From positions 42,922-74,921 of IMG/VR virus record IMGVR_UViG_3300045988_099134: DNA of 32,000 bases; one strand, written 5' to 3'. Under the pieces are notes generated by a model, which ran no database searches, was not told the DNA's origin, and saw only the letters and a list, made by a program, of their open reading frames with translations. This document shows, one piece after another, positions 17,962 to 27,573 of this stretch. This stretch comes from a virus. Position numbers and translations under genes: made by a program. The stretch's first letter is position 1. The number at the start of each line of letters is the position of its first letter.

Positions 17962-18807
17962 GTGGCGAATGTAAAAAGTTATTGCACTGCTTGTGGAAAG
18001 TTAAAAGATAGCAGTGCAGAGTTTATCCAAAATGGTGTTACAGATTCAATCTGTACGTCTTTAGGAAACGATACAGGCTTAAATCCTGATAATGGTAATA
18101 ATACGTGTACAGACATGGAAAATGCCAATGATTGTCTTACAAAAGGCTTGTATGACATCATAGATGGATTTGATTTGTGTGATTGGAAATTATTCATGAG
18201 TCAATATGCCAACAATGATTACAACATGAAAGCAGCTATGATTTGTTGGATGTGTGGATTGCAAGACCAGTTGTATAATCTTCAACTTCAAAATTTGGCA
18301 ATCGAAACGCAATATACTATTGAACAGTCTACACCTGGATTGAGCGTTGAAATTGACAGACAAGGTAATTTCACATTCAGATATTCAGATTGGATTCACA
18401 CTAGTGATTACGAGAAAGTAGCTGACGGAGTTATTACAGGAAAAGTAGATTTCTGTATGAAGCCTAACAAAGATAAGAGTGCTACATACAAATTCAACAG
18501 TGTTACATTGAAACACTACTCTTATAAAATGACAGGAGTTCAATCTGGTTCAGCTCCTACTGTTTCGATTCGTGTTCCTAATAAGAGTGGGTCGTTGGTA
18601 TATCAAAAAACAACAAACGCTTCATTTGAAGAAGATATTAACAAAACAGTGGAATTAAGCATGAGTGGAACAGTAAAAGCTGGAGAAACAACGAATTGGT
18701 TGCAGTTCCTTTCTATTTATGTTGATTGGATAGAAGATGATGAAATATCTCTACACACTCGTTTTGTAAATGATAACAAGGTAAACTTCGTTATCTGTAG
18801 AGATTAG
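17962..18807 (+). CDS. tail/baseplate protein with N-terminal 8-Cys module (paralog A)
   Basis: 281 aa, with a GTG start 6 nt after AAGGAGG. The N-terminal about 100 aa align with the next gene product. Confidence 0.6.
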   Translation: MANVKSYCTACGKLKDSSAEFIQNGVTDSICTSLGNDTGLNPDNGNNTCTDMENANDCLTKGLYDIIDGFDLCDWKLFMSQYANNDYNMKAAMICWMCGLQDQLYNLQLQNLAIETQYTIEQSTPGLSVEIDRQGNFTFRYSDWIHTSDYEKVADGVITGKVDFCMKPNKDKSATYKFNSVTLKHYSYKMTGVQSGSAPTVSIRVPNKSGSLVYQKTTNASFEEDINKTVELSMSGTVKAGETTNWLQFLSIYVDWIEDDEISLHTRFVNDNKVNFVICRD

Positions 18808-18820
18808 GAGGTACACATAA

Positions 18821-19423
18821 ATGAATAAAGATGTTTGTTCTGCTTGCGATTCTTTAAAAGCTACAAGCAGTAATTTCATTCAAAAAGGTGTAACAGATGC
18901 TATTTGTGCAAATCTTAAAGCAAATCAAGGGTTTGAAAATAAGGGCCATAACAACTGTACAGATATGCACGATATGAACGATTGCTTATTAGGTGGGTTG
19001 TTAGAAAAGATTGATACATATGATGTTTGTGATGTAAAAGAAGCTATCAAAGATTTGGAAAAGAATTTAATCAGTATCATGGATGTAATGATTTGTTCTG
19101 ATTGTGGTCAATGGGAAGAAATCGAAAAGCTATGGGCAGAAATCCAAAAGATTTGGAATGCTATCAGAGATTTACAAAATAAGGTTGGTGGTATCGAAGG
19201 CAGCATTGGAGATATGTACAGTGCGGTTGAAAAGATTCTTACAAATCTTAAAAACAGTGGAGCATGGAAACAAACAGGAGATACTGTATTTGAAGGAAAA
19301 TTCAATGACGGAAGAAGCATTGCTACAGGTAATATCAATATCTTTGGTGGTACTCCTGATGGAAATTCATACATCCGTACTAATAACGGAAGTTCTGAGA
19401 ATGATTTGGCTGGTGGTGTTTAA
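18821..19423 (+). CDS. tail/baseplate protein with N-terminal 8-Cys module (paralog B)
   Basis: 200 aa with RBS TAGGAGGTA. It shares C-x2-C ... FIQxGVTDxIC ... NNCTDMxxxNDCL ... D-CD-K ... MIC-x2-CG with the preceding protein, and the C-terminal half is a coiled coil. Confidence 0.6.
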   Translation: MNKDVCSACDSLKATSSNFIQKGVTDAICANLKANQGFENKGHNNCTDMHDMNDCLLGGLLEKIDTYDVCDVKEAIKDLEKNLISIMDVMICSDCGQWEEIEKLWAEIQKIWNAIRDLQNKVGGIEGSIGDMYSAVEKILTNLKNSGAWKQTGDTVFEGKFNDGRSIATGNINIFGGTPDGNSYIRTNNGSSENDLAGGV

Positions 19424-20139
19424 TGGCATGGCAAAACTTTCATGGAGCTTACGATAACACGGGGCCATACGCAAACGTAGTATTAGGTGGAAATCCAGGT
19501 GATACCGCAGACTTTGGATTCCCACTTGCTGCTGCCCATGCTAAAGGGTATGGAAAAGGTATCAATTTTTCAGATGATGGAAACTATGGTGTTACGTTCA
19601 CATTAGATTTAGTTGGATATGGTGTAACGGATGCTGGTCAATATACAGGAAACGGAAAGTATGTACAGTATGGTGGAAGATATAACTATATTTTGATCAT
19701 AAGCGTTTCTAACAACAATAAAGCCTCATGGAGAGAGATTTACAATCAAGTAATATTCTCTCATGCCGATACATGGGCATTAGCTTATTCATCAGGATGG
19801 GAAACAGTGGCACAAAATAGTCAATGGAGTGGTAAGTTACAACTTCCGACAGATACAACACACGTTAAAGTTGAATTAAGAGGTGAAGATGCTACATTAC
19901 CTTACGAGAATATATATTCTATTCAACAAGTTATCCCTGATTTTAGACCATGGGCAGTAAGAAAAGGTAAAGTGTTCTATTCTTTGGATAGAGCTACAGG
20001 ATGGCTTAAAAAGAGAGTTAAAGGCTCTTGGGCCACTATTGGCAAATATAGTGCTGATAAAGCGAATAAAGAAAACCAAGGGTCAAGTAGAATCAGAAAA
20101 AATGGTAAATGGGTAGGACAAGGCAAAATTGGTAGTTAG
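19423..20139 (+). CDS. hypothetical tail/baseplate protein
   Basis: 238 aa, with a TAATG overlap to the preceding gene. Gly/Tyr-rich beta-type composition. Family not recognised. Confidence 0.55.
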   Translation: MAWQNFHGAYDNTGPYANVVLGGNPGDTADFGFPLAAAHAKGYGKGINFSDDGNYGVTFTLDLVGYGVTDAGQYTGNGKYVQYGGRYNYILIISVSNNNKASWREIYNQVIFSHADTWALAYSSGWETVAQNSQWSGKLQLPTDTTHVKVELRGEDATLPYENIYSIQQVIPDFRPWAVRKGKVFYSLDRATGWLKKRVKGSWATIGKYSADKANKENQGSSRIRKNGKWVGQGKIGS

Positions 20140-20147
20140 GAGTAAAT

Positions 20148-22439
20148 ATGATTCCTTACTTTGAAATATTAGAATTTGGAAAAGTTAAGAAAAGATTCAG
20201 AGAGGCTTTAAGCACAATCAGTTTTTCAAACGAGTTAATGACAGTACCTGAAATGCAAATCACAATTCCTAACGAATACTACGATTTAATCTCAGGAAGA
20301 AAAGAAATGAGGGTAATCATGGATTGTGGAGTTTTCTACGGAATGATTACCAACTATAAACCCTCTGTAAGTGGTTTAAACATATCTCTAACGCACGTAA
20401 TCAACGAATGGGAATACAGACAAGTCCCAACAAATTATGCGGTTAAAAACGCTCTTATAAAGAACGTATACGAAAGCGAAGATATGTATTATTCGACTCA
20501 GTGGAAGATGAATTTTGAAACTGAGATTGATAACGAAAAGATTGACTATGTTTATTCTAGACAATCTAAATTGGATGCACTTACTAAAACTTGTGAATTG
20601 ACACAATCTGTTTATTGGAGAGTTCCATTTACAAATGATAAGCAAGTTGAAGTTGGATATTTTGGAAAGAAACAACCTGTTATGCTTTCTAATAAACCAA
20701 CGTTAGGAAGAAACTACAGAATCATTGGTGAGCCAACAATGGAAACCAATTTTTCGGATGTTATTAACTTAGCTACAGTTTATGCTAATAAATCTGATAG
20801 TGGTATGTCCTCTTTGTCATTAAGAGAAGTATATAACGATAAAAGCTTACAGAACCCTAAGTTTCCTGTAGTTATTTTGAGATCAAACATAAATAACGAG
20901 CGTGATTATGAATATGTAGACTTTCCTAAATTAGCTCCTAACAATCAATTGGAGTATTCGATTATTGATACGGAATCAGTTGGATATGAAAGCGGTGTAT
21001 TCATTGAAGGAACATTTGCTTTTGATGATTTATCGCCATTTAGTCTAGAGGACATGACAAAAGACTCTAAGGGCTATAAATGGGTAATTCCTAAAGAGCA
21101 AAGATTTTTAACAGATACAGAGGAAATAAACAACGCTAAAGCTTTATGGCACTCTTTAAAAGACATTTGGAGTAAATCTGCTATTGCTGCTTTATGTGGT
21201 TCGTGTCACGTAGAATCAACCTTAAACCCTAACTTGTATCAAATGGGTGATGTTCCTGATTCTCAAAAAGGATTTGGATTGGTTCAATGGACTCCGTACA
21301 CACGAATCACCAATTGGCTTGGTTCTCATGGATATTCAAGCTACACAATGTACGGAAAAGGGGAAGTAGCTAAGTTAGTTGAAGAATGGTCAACAAACGC
21401 TACAAATGGGCCTTGGATTCCTACTCCTTCATATAACATAACATTCCAACAATGGTCACACATGGAAGCCGATATGAATTACATGGTAATGGCTTTTATG
21501 GCAGATTATGAACGTGGTGATACATCTATTGATTTACAGTATCAAAAACGTATTGAATTTGCTCAACGTATTTATGGTTTGATTCCTGAGTGGGAACAAG
21601 ACGATAACGGAACTACAACCGATACGGATAAAACACAATCTCGTCCTTGGAACGCTCAGAATTTTATCAACACATGGAATGGTCAATCTATCGACATGGA
21701 TGGTGTACCTCCTGAGCAACCATATCAATGTGTAGATGCTTGGAAAAAAGCATTGCAGACATTAAATTATCCTGACCCAACGAGAGCTATTGGCGGTGAT
21801 GGATATGCAGATTACATTTGGTATAACAGAGATGAATTAGGCTATTCTCAATTCTTTGATTATGTTGATACACCTCAATTTGGCGATTGGTGCATATTCG
21901 GTAGAGGTGGTGACACACCTGCATCACACGTTGCAATGTACGTTTCAGATGCTGGTAATGGTAGAGCTAATTTCTTTGGCCAAAACCAACCTTATCCGTA
22001 TTGCAATACCACAACAATAAGTACATCAAATATCATTGGTATTTTCAGAGTAAAGAGTGTTTATGTACAACAGAGTATTGACCCTGAGTCTACAAACGGA
22101 ACAACTATCATTACTGATAACGATAGAATTTATGCGGCCAAGGTTGTATATGATTGTGCCTGTAGAAAACTAATTAATGCAAGAAGAAAGTTTTCTATCA
22201 ACACTTCTTGTGAAGCATTGCCTAAAGAAGTAAATGTAGGTGATAGAATCAGATTTATTTATGATCTCAATTTATTACAATTAGGAAGTTGCAATAGATA
22301 CATGAAACGTATTTTAAAGCAAGATGATTGGTTCTATATCACAAACCTACAAAGAGAAATAGATAAAACAGGAGTTGAAATAGACACATTGACTCTAGAG
22401 AAATTCCTAAGAACAGATAGAGACGGAAAGAGTGGTTAG
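20148..22439 (+). CDS. tail-associated peptidoglycan hydrolase (tail-tip-position protein with lysozyme-like and CHAP domains)
   Basis: 763 aa. The central segment CGSCHVESTLNPN...GFGLVQWTPYTR (Glu356) resembles the phage tail lysozyme fold. The CHAP domain has YQCVDAWKK (Cys528) and ASHVAMYV (His594). N- and C-terminal structural parts flank the enzymatic insert. Confidence 0.8.
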   Translation: MIPYFEILEFGKVKKRFREALSTISFSNELMTVPEMQITIPNEYYDLISGRKEMRVIMDCGVFYGMITNYKPSVSGLNISLTHVINEWEYRQVPTNYAVKNALIKNVYESEDMYYSTQWKMNFETEIDNEKIDYVYSRQSKLDALTKTCELTQSVYWRVPFTNDKQVEVGYFGKKQPVMLSNKPTLGRNYRIIGEPTMETNFSDVINLATVYANKSDSGMSSLSLREVYNDKSLQNPKFPVVILRSNINNERDYEYVDFPKLAPNNQLEYSIIDTESVGYESGVFIEGTFAFDDLSPFSLEDMTKDSKGYKWVIPKEQRFLTDTEEINNAKALWHSLKDIWSKSAIAALCGSCHVESTLNPNLYQMGDVPDSQKGFGLVQWTPYTRITNWLGSHGYSSYTMYGKGEVAKLVEEWSTNATNGPWIPTPSYNITFQQWSHMEADMNYMVMAFMADYERGDTSIDLQYQKRIEFAQRIYGLIPEWEQDDNGTTTDTDKTQSRPWNAQNFINTWNGQSIDMDGVPPEQPYQCVDAWKKALQTLNYPDPTRAIGGDGYADYIWYNRDELGYSQFFDYVDTPQFGDWCIFGRGGDTPASHVAMYVSDAGNGRANFFGQNQPYPYCNTTTISTSNIIGIFRVKSVYVQQSIDPESTNGTTIITDNDRIYAAKVVYDCACRKLINARRKFSINTSCEALPKEVNVGDRIRFIYDLNLLQLGSCNRYMKRILKQDDWFYITNLQREIDKTGVEIDTLTLEKFLRTDRDGKSG

Positions 22440-22441
22440 TT

Positions 22442-22936
22442 ATGGATATTAGTAAGGCGATAAATATATTAGCTGATAGTGTCTATGATTTGAAAGAAAA
22501 AGGAAGATACAATTCCATTCAACGTAGAAACCATATAGTTGATTTTTATGGGTACGAGTTCCCTAGATGGGGATGTTCAAGTTCTAAACCAGCGGTAATA
22601 GGAATGTCAATTTCTCAGGATTTGATTTATTATGAGCGTTTTGAGTTTAAACTAGTAATAGATAATTCTACTGCTACAAACTTTAATGTTGAGATTGAAG
22701 GAATAGACATGACACCATATTTCAAGCAGCAATTCAACGGAGCGTGGATTACAGGCAATGGACTATGGCCTGGGCAATACTCGAATTTTGATGTTCTTAA
22801 AGCTTGTGGGTATCTTTCAGAGGATGAGAGAAATAGAATATTAGATCCAGGATATAAAACAATCAAAGTAACAGGAAACGGAAATTTTGATTGTACGTTG
22901 GTAAATTATCTTAAATATAGTCATGTAAACAGATAA
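22442..22936 (+). CDS. hypothetical tail-module protein
   Basis: 164 aa, tightly packed after the tail lysin. Family not recognised. Confidence 0.5.
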   Translation: MDISKAINILADSVYDLKEKGRYNSIQRRNHIVDFYGYEFPRWGCSSSKPAVIGMSISQDLIYYERFEFKLVIDNSTATNFNVEIEGIDMTPYFKQQFNGAWITGNGLWPGQYSNFDVLKACGYLSEDERNRILDPGYKTIKVTGNGNFDCTLVNYLKYSHVNR

Positions 22937-22945
22937 GAGGTATCT

Positions 22946-23125
22946 ATGAATAGATATGAACAAAGGATTGAAAACCTATCAAATCATGTAAAACAAAATC
23001 CTAGAGATTGGCAGTCTGCCATATCGCTATTGAAATTGAACAGTCAACAAATTGACTTTAAAAGAAAACAAAAACAACAGTCTGCTAGATTGTCTATCAA
23101 AGCATACAAAAAGGAGGTTGTGTAG
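22946..23125 (+). CDS. hypothetical 59-aa protein (just below ORF-track cutoff)
   Basis: AAGAGG (22935-22940) lies 5 nt before the ATG at 22946. Product MNRYEQRIENLSNHVKQNPRDWQSAISLLKLNSQQIDFKRKQKQQSARLSIKAYKKEVV. Its stop abuts the next ATG (TAGATG), and it fills the gap exactly. Confidence 0.45.
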   Translation: MNRYEQRIENLSNHVKQNPRDWQSAISLLKLNSQQIDFKRKQKQQSARLSIKAYKKEVV

Positions 23126-23593
23126 ATGGAAAACAAATATAGCACTTCGGGAATTGGAGAAGATATTATCCGTAGTTTTACACAAATTGCAAGTGCAGAA
23201 CTACATGCTAAAACCTTATTAGAAAAACGTATTTCAGAGGTTGAGAACGGATTAATTAGTGAAGAAGAAATTCCTGATAATTTAGAAAAGATTGAAGCAT
23301 TAAAGGATGAAATTGATGATTATGCCAATATCAGACGTTCTCAAATGCTTTATCTATACAATTCTTTTGGCGGCAAAGGGGATAGAGAACAATGGTGTTT
23401 AGTTAAACATTTAAGTATGGCTATGTACACTGCATTTGAAGCATATCAAGCTTCGAATAGAGACCCTGAATTATTGAATATTGCTTTGGAGATTAACAAG
23501 AAGTTTATTGAAGCTTGTACAAAATTCTTAGGTGTAGAAATTACTTCTTGTGCATCTTGTTTTGCAGACATTATGAAAGCTGGAGGAAAATAA
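23126..23593 (+). CDS. hypothetical protein
   Basis: 155 aa with AAGGAGG upstream, helical, with a C-terminal CASC. Family not recognised. Confidence 0.55.
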   Translation: MENKYSTSGIGEDIIRSFTQIASAELHAKTLLEKRISEVENGLISEEEIPDNLEKIEALKDEIDDYANIRRSQMLYLYNSFGGKGDREQWCLVKHLSMAMYTAFEAYQASNRDPELLNIALEINKKFIEACTKFLGVEITSCASCFADIMKAGGK

Positions 23594-23594
23594 T

Positions 23595-24257
23595 ATGCAA
23601 CCTGTAGTATGTAACAAAGATATGGCAGTAGTATTTCCTTTAAAAGATGGTGATTGTCAATTTTGGCTAGAAATCGTTGATTCAGTAAATGATATTACTA
23701 ATCCAAGTAGAGACCATGCGTATGTTGATTCAAAAGGATTATTCTATATCTACAACGGAAAAGAAATTCAAGTAATCAATGACCATGCGAATTTAAAAAT
23801 CAAATGGGGAAATATGATTGGCGATATTTCTAATCAATTGGATTTAATGGAAATTCTAAATCAATTCGTAAAGACAATTTCTGTAAACGGAACAAACATT
23901 GCCAAAGACAACGAAAAAAATATTGCTATTCAAGTGCCTATCACAACTATTAAATTAGATGGAAATACAATTAGTCCTGTTGATTATATTGTCAATCTAG
24001 ATTTAGCTAGTGTTTATGCAAAGAAAACTGAAATCCCTAAAAATGTATCTGAACTTCAAAATGATGCTGGATATATTAAACAAGAAGTTGTAGATCAATT
24101 AGTGCCTATCAAAACAATCAAGGTTAATGACGTAACGATACCACCTGATGAAAACCATGCAGTAAATATCGAAGCAATTCGTTACAAAGTTGGAACTGCC
24201 GACCCTACTACAACAAATTGTCCTAACGGATATTTCTACTTTCAGATAGGAGACTAA
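23595..24257 (+). CDS. tail fibre protein with short V-N-G type repeats
   Basis: 220 aa. It has three copies of a TI(S/K)(V/L)(N/D)G..I..D....(V/I).I-like unit (TISVNGTNIAKDNEKNIAIQV, TIKLDGNTISPVDYIVNLDL, TIKVNDVTIPPDENHAVNIE), as seen in Gram-positive phage fibres. Confidence 0.55.
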   Translation: MQPVVCNKDMAVVFPLKDGDCQFWLEIVDSVNDITNPSRDHAYVDSKGLFYIYNGKEIQVINDHANLKIKWGNMIGDISNQLDLMEILNQFVKTISVNGTNIAKDNEKNIAIQVPITTIKLDGNTISPVDYIVNLDLASVYAKKTEIPKNVSELQNDAGYIKQEVVDQLVPIKTIKVNDVTIPPDENHAVNIEAIRYKVGTADPTTTNCPNGYFYFQIGD

Positions 24258-24260
24258 TCT

Positions 24261-25751
24261 ATGACTTATGTAGGTGGAGGATGGGCATTACTTGGAAATC
24301 ATCAAATTTGGTCATATAGTGGCATATGTAATATGTATTTCCAAGTATACGCATGGAGCGAACAAGATGCTATAAATAATAGGTCTACAGTCCATACAAG
24401 AACTAGGATTTTAGTTGAAAATAAAAACCCAAACTATTCAGGTTATCGTGTTGAACAAGATTGGTCAGCTGGTGTTACAGGAGCGCCGGATTACAGTAGC
24501 CATGCTACATTAACAGATGGTGGTGCTGGTACGAACAAGGAATATGTTCTACAAAATGGTTCATTTACTGTTGACCATGATTCTAATGGTAATGCATCAA
24601 GCAAAGTGCATTATTGGTTTAATGGAACATATACAGGAGCTATAGGTAGCCCTACAAGCACAAATATAGTAGACATCTCGCTTCCTAATATTGATAGAAC
24701 CGCAGACAAGGCAACAATAAGCAATGTTGGAAGTACATACAAAACAATGTATTGTACAATTTCTGTTCCGTTTTATTCTGAGGAAAACCAATGGAGTCGT
24801 GATGGGAAAACATGGACGGATTGGAATAAAGTAATAAAAGCAGATACGCCTTTTGTAGATACATGGACAGGATTAAAGCCGAATACAAAATACACAGGAT
24901 ATTATCGCTTTAAAAGGAAATACAATGGAGTTTGGAGTGAAGCAGTTGATTTTACCACAACAACTAAATATCCTAATGCGCCTTCAAAAGGAAGTGTTTC
25001 TTTAAGCTCGGTAACGTCCAATTCTGCAAAAGTTAGTTGGAGTGGATTCTCATTAGGAGACATGGCTACTGATTATTCTTATCAAACATCTAATGATGAA
25101 AAAAAATGGACAGACCAAGGTAAAGCAACAAGCTTAACTCTTAGTGATTTGAAACCTAATACAAACTATAAATTCTATGTAAGAATGGTCGATAACTATG
25201 GTCAACCTTCGTTAGCAGCTAGTACATCATTTACAACATTGAACCCTGAAAAACCAAACGTAGGTGGTATTGAATGTACACGGTTAACACCGTATGGCGG
25301 TATGTTTGCTTGGTATGGATTCTCTGTAAATGAAGGAGCAACAATAGATCACTATGAATATTCACTAGACAATTCAAATTGGATTAATGTGGGAACTGAT
25401 ACGCAAATTCATTTAGACAATTTAAGCCCTGAAACAAGTTATACATTATACGTTCGTGTAGTTGATAACTTCGGTTCTAAATCAGATAGTGCTACATGCG
25501 ATTTTAAAACATTGGTTGACCAATTTAAACTTGCGTACAATACAAATTTGTATCAAACAGAAATTCTAACTAAAGACGGAGTAGACATCTTGGCTAAGAA
25601 TGGAGTTAACTTGATTGTTGATACAATTGGAAAAGAGCGATTAAGGACTGCCAAGGTTTTCTGCAACGACAATGGAGTTATAAAGAAAATAAAAGCAGTT
25701 TACTACAACAAAAAAGGTAATATTCAACACTATAAAAGCTATGAAAATTAA
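24261..25751 (+). CDS. tail fibre/receptor-binding accessory protein with three fibronectin type III domains
   Basis: 496 aa. There are three units of about 90 aa each, ending in L.PNT.Y.....(V/F).....G..S......F.T (about aa 147-235, 238-327 and 329-418). Confidence 0.7.
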   Translation: MTYVGGGWALLGNHQIWSYSGICNMYFQVYAWSEQDAINNRSTVHTRTRILVENKNPNYSGYRVEQDWSAGVTGAPDYSSHATLTDGGAGTNKEYVLQNGSFTVDHDSNGNASSKVHYWFNGTYTGAIGSPTSTNIVDISLPNIDRTADKATISNVGSTYKTMYCTISVPFYSEENQWSRDGKTWTDWNKVIKADTPFVDTWTGLKPNTKYTGYYRFKRKYNGVWSEAVDFTTTTKYPNAPSKGSVSLSSVTSNSAKVSWSGFSLGDMATDYSYQTSNDEKKWTDQGKATSLTLSDLKPNTNYKFYVRMVDNYGQPSLAASTSFTTLNPEKPNVGGIECTRLTPYGGMFAWYGFSVNEGATIDHYEYSLDNSNWINVGTDTQIHLDNLSPETSYTLYVRVVDNFGSKSDSATCDFKTLVDQFKLAYNTNLYQTEILTKDGVDILAKNGVNLIVDTIGKERLRTAKVFCNDNGVIKKIKAVYYNKKGNIQHYKSYEN

Positions 25752-25767
25752 ATAGGAGGTACATATA

Positions 25768-27480
25768 ATGGGAGTTAGAATACAAGAATTGCCTGAAACA
25801 ACAGGTATTAACAAGGAAGATTTATTGATCGTTGAAGATGGACAAGGAACTAAAAAAGGTACTGTTCAACAGTTAGATGAAGCACTAGGAGTTAGTCAAC
25901 TAAAGGAAGATTTAATTAAACAACTTGAATTACAAGAATTTTATAATCAAAAAACAGTTAGAAGTGTGCAAGGCTATTATGATGCCGATTTAAAAGGTAT
26001 TGGAACGTTAGTATCAAAATTACCACTAATTATCACAAGCGTTGAAATTAATACAGTAATCAAAGGAACGGGAAGTGCTAAACTTGAATTACTTGATGAG
26101 AATAAAAATATTATTGCAACTTCAACAAGCACTTACACTAATAAATTAGTGTTTAACTTTAATGATTTGTATGTTGGAAATTATGATAAATTATGGATTC
26201 GAGTATCATCTGAAACATTATTATTTGCACGTGCTGAGTGCGATATTAATCGCATAATTATTGATACAAATGAAAATTATGCAACATACAATGTTAATGA
26301 TAATTGGAATTATAATAATCTATATAACTATCCATTACTATTTACATTAAACGGAAAAATTGGTAATAACAGTGTAATTGTTGGAACTAATGAAAAGTTT
26401 AACCGTATTATTGATGCAGTGCAGTATTGTAACACTAGACCTAATTATGTATGGAATATCTATATCAAAGAAGGAACTTATGATATTTACAATGAATTAG
26501 GCGGTTCAAGTTGGTATAGTGGTATCACAAGCGCCAAAGGAAATATGCAAGGTATATCACTAGCAGACAATGTGAATTTGATTGGATTAGGTAAAGTGAC
26601 ATTACAATTCAATCCATCAGATGATTTAGCCACAGAAAGTAATGTTCCTAATGTGTCAGTACTTGAATTAAGTGATGTCAATAACAAGATTGAAAATATT
26701 AAAATTGAATGTAGAAACTGTAGATATGGTATCCATGATGAAACAGATGGTGGAAAACCTAATTCAACTCGATATTTTAAAAATGTTGAAATTACGCACA
26801 ATGGTGTAGTTAGTGGCACATGGAACGCACCAGTTTCTTATGGCTGTGGAAGTTCAGATAATTCAAAATTTGAATATGTGGATTGCAAATTTAATAGCTG
26901 TTGGTTGGCGCACCAAAGCAATCAACAAACTACACCGCCTAACTTTATCGCAACTAATTGTACGTTTAATGGTGGTTCATATGCAATATCACTAAATACA
27001 AGTGGAACTTGTAAAGCTAATATTACGTTTAATAATTGTGAAATTAATTATATGGTTAGAGTGCTTGAAGATGCAGATATTTGGAGTATTTATGGTGGTG
27101 GTAATAATCTATTTAATTATGTTGTTATTGGTAATAATAAACTTAGTTCACAACCTTTTAAATTATATGATTTAACTAGAACATTTAAAAATGTTGGCAC
27201 TAGTAAAATTGTAAAAGGTAATGCAGTGCAAATTCACAATGAAGGTATCGCAAATGCTAATGATAGTAAACAAGTAATTGGAATTGCATTGAATGATGCA
27301 GAACAAAATACAGATGTTAGAGTTCAGCTAAAAGGATACTATGACTGTTATAGTGTTGCACCTTTTGGAAGCAATAATACATTATTAGGAGTTTCAAATG
27401 GAGCAATCGTAGCAAACAATGAAAATTACTTTGCTATTGGCGTTTATGTTGATGATATGCAAATGATTTACATTTACTAG
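25768..27480 (+). CDS. tailspike/receptor-binding protein with right-handed beta-helix (pectate-lyase-like) body
   Basis: 570 aa. The N-terminus MGVRIQELPETTGINKEDLLIVEDGQGTKKGTVQQL is a typical spike anchor. The body has NIYIKEGTYDI, GISLADNVNLIGLGKVTLQF and NIKIECRNCRYGIHDE, plus N-rich repeated rungs. Confidence 0.7.
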   Translation: MGVRIQELPETTGINKEDLLIVEDGQGTKKGTVQQLDEALGVSQLKEDLIKQLELQEFYNQKTVRSVQGYYDADLKGIGTLVSKLPLIITSVEINTVIKGTGSAKLELLDENKNIIATSTSTYTNKLVFNFNDLYVGNYDKLWIRVSSETLLFARAECDINRIIIDTNENYATYNVNDNWNYNNLYNYPLLFTLNGKIGNNSVIVGTNEKFNRIIDAVQYCNTRPNYVWNIYIKEGTYDIYNELGGSSWYSGITSAKGNMQGISLADNVNLIGLGKVTLQFNPSDDLATESNVPNVSVLELSDVNNKIENIKIECRNCRYGIHDETDGGKPNSTRYFKNVEITHNGVVSGTWNAPVSYGCGSSDNSKFEYVDCKFNSCWLAHQSNQQTTPPNFIATNCTFNGGSYAISLNTSGTCKANITFNNCEINYMVRVLEDADIWSIYGGGNNLFNYVVIGNNKLSSQPFKLYDLTRTFKNVGTSKIVKGNAVQIHNEGIANANDSKQVIGIALNDAEQNTDVRVQLKGYYDCYSVAPFGSNNTLLGVSNGAIVANNENYFAIGVYVDDMQMIYIY

Positions 27481-27573
27481 TTAACTAAATAAGAATTTAT
27501 TTAATTTGTTACTTGTGCTTGATTATTTTAAGCACGTGTAGTAAGTTTAACTTAGGAAAAATGCATAAAAAAA

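Noticed and set aside
19104-19457. 117-aa plus-strand ORF in an alternative frame spanning the 18821/19423 gene junction
   Set aside because: It is fully overlapped by two genes with good RBSs or coupling, it has no RBS of its own, and its product composition is not protein-like.
18804-25770. Near-identical TAGGAGGTACA(C/T)ATA(A)ATG initiation regions at 18804-18823 and 25751-25770, considered as recombination hotspots
   Set aside because: Only about 11 nt are identical and they consist of the consensus strong RBS, which is also seen at 6989-6997. That is best explained by selection for translation, not by recombination sites.
24261-27480. Possible diversity-generating retroelement target in the fibre/spike genes
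   Set aside because: There is no reverse transcriptase gene in the window, and reading the fibre genes and flanks I noticed no template/variable repeat pair.
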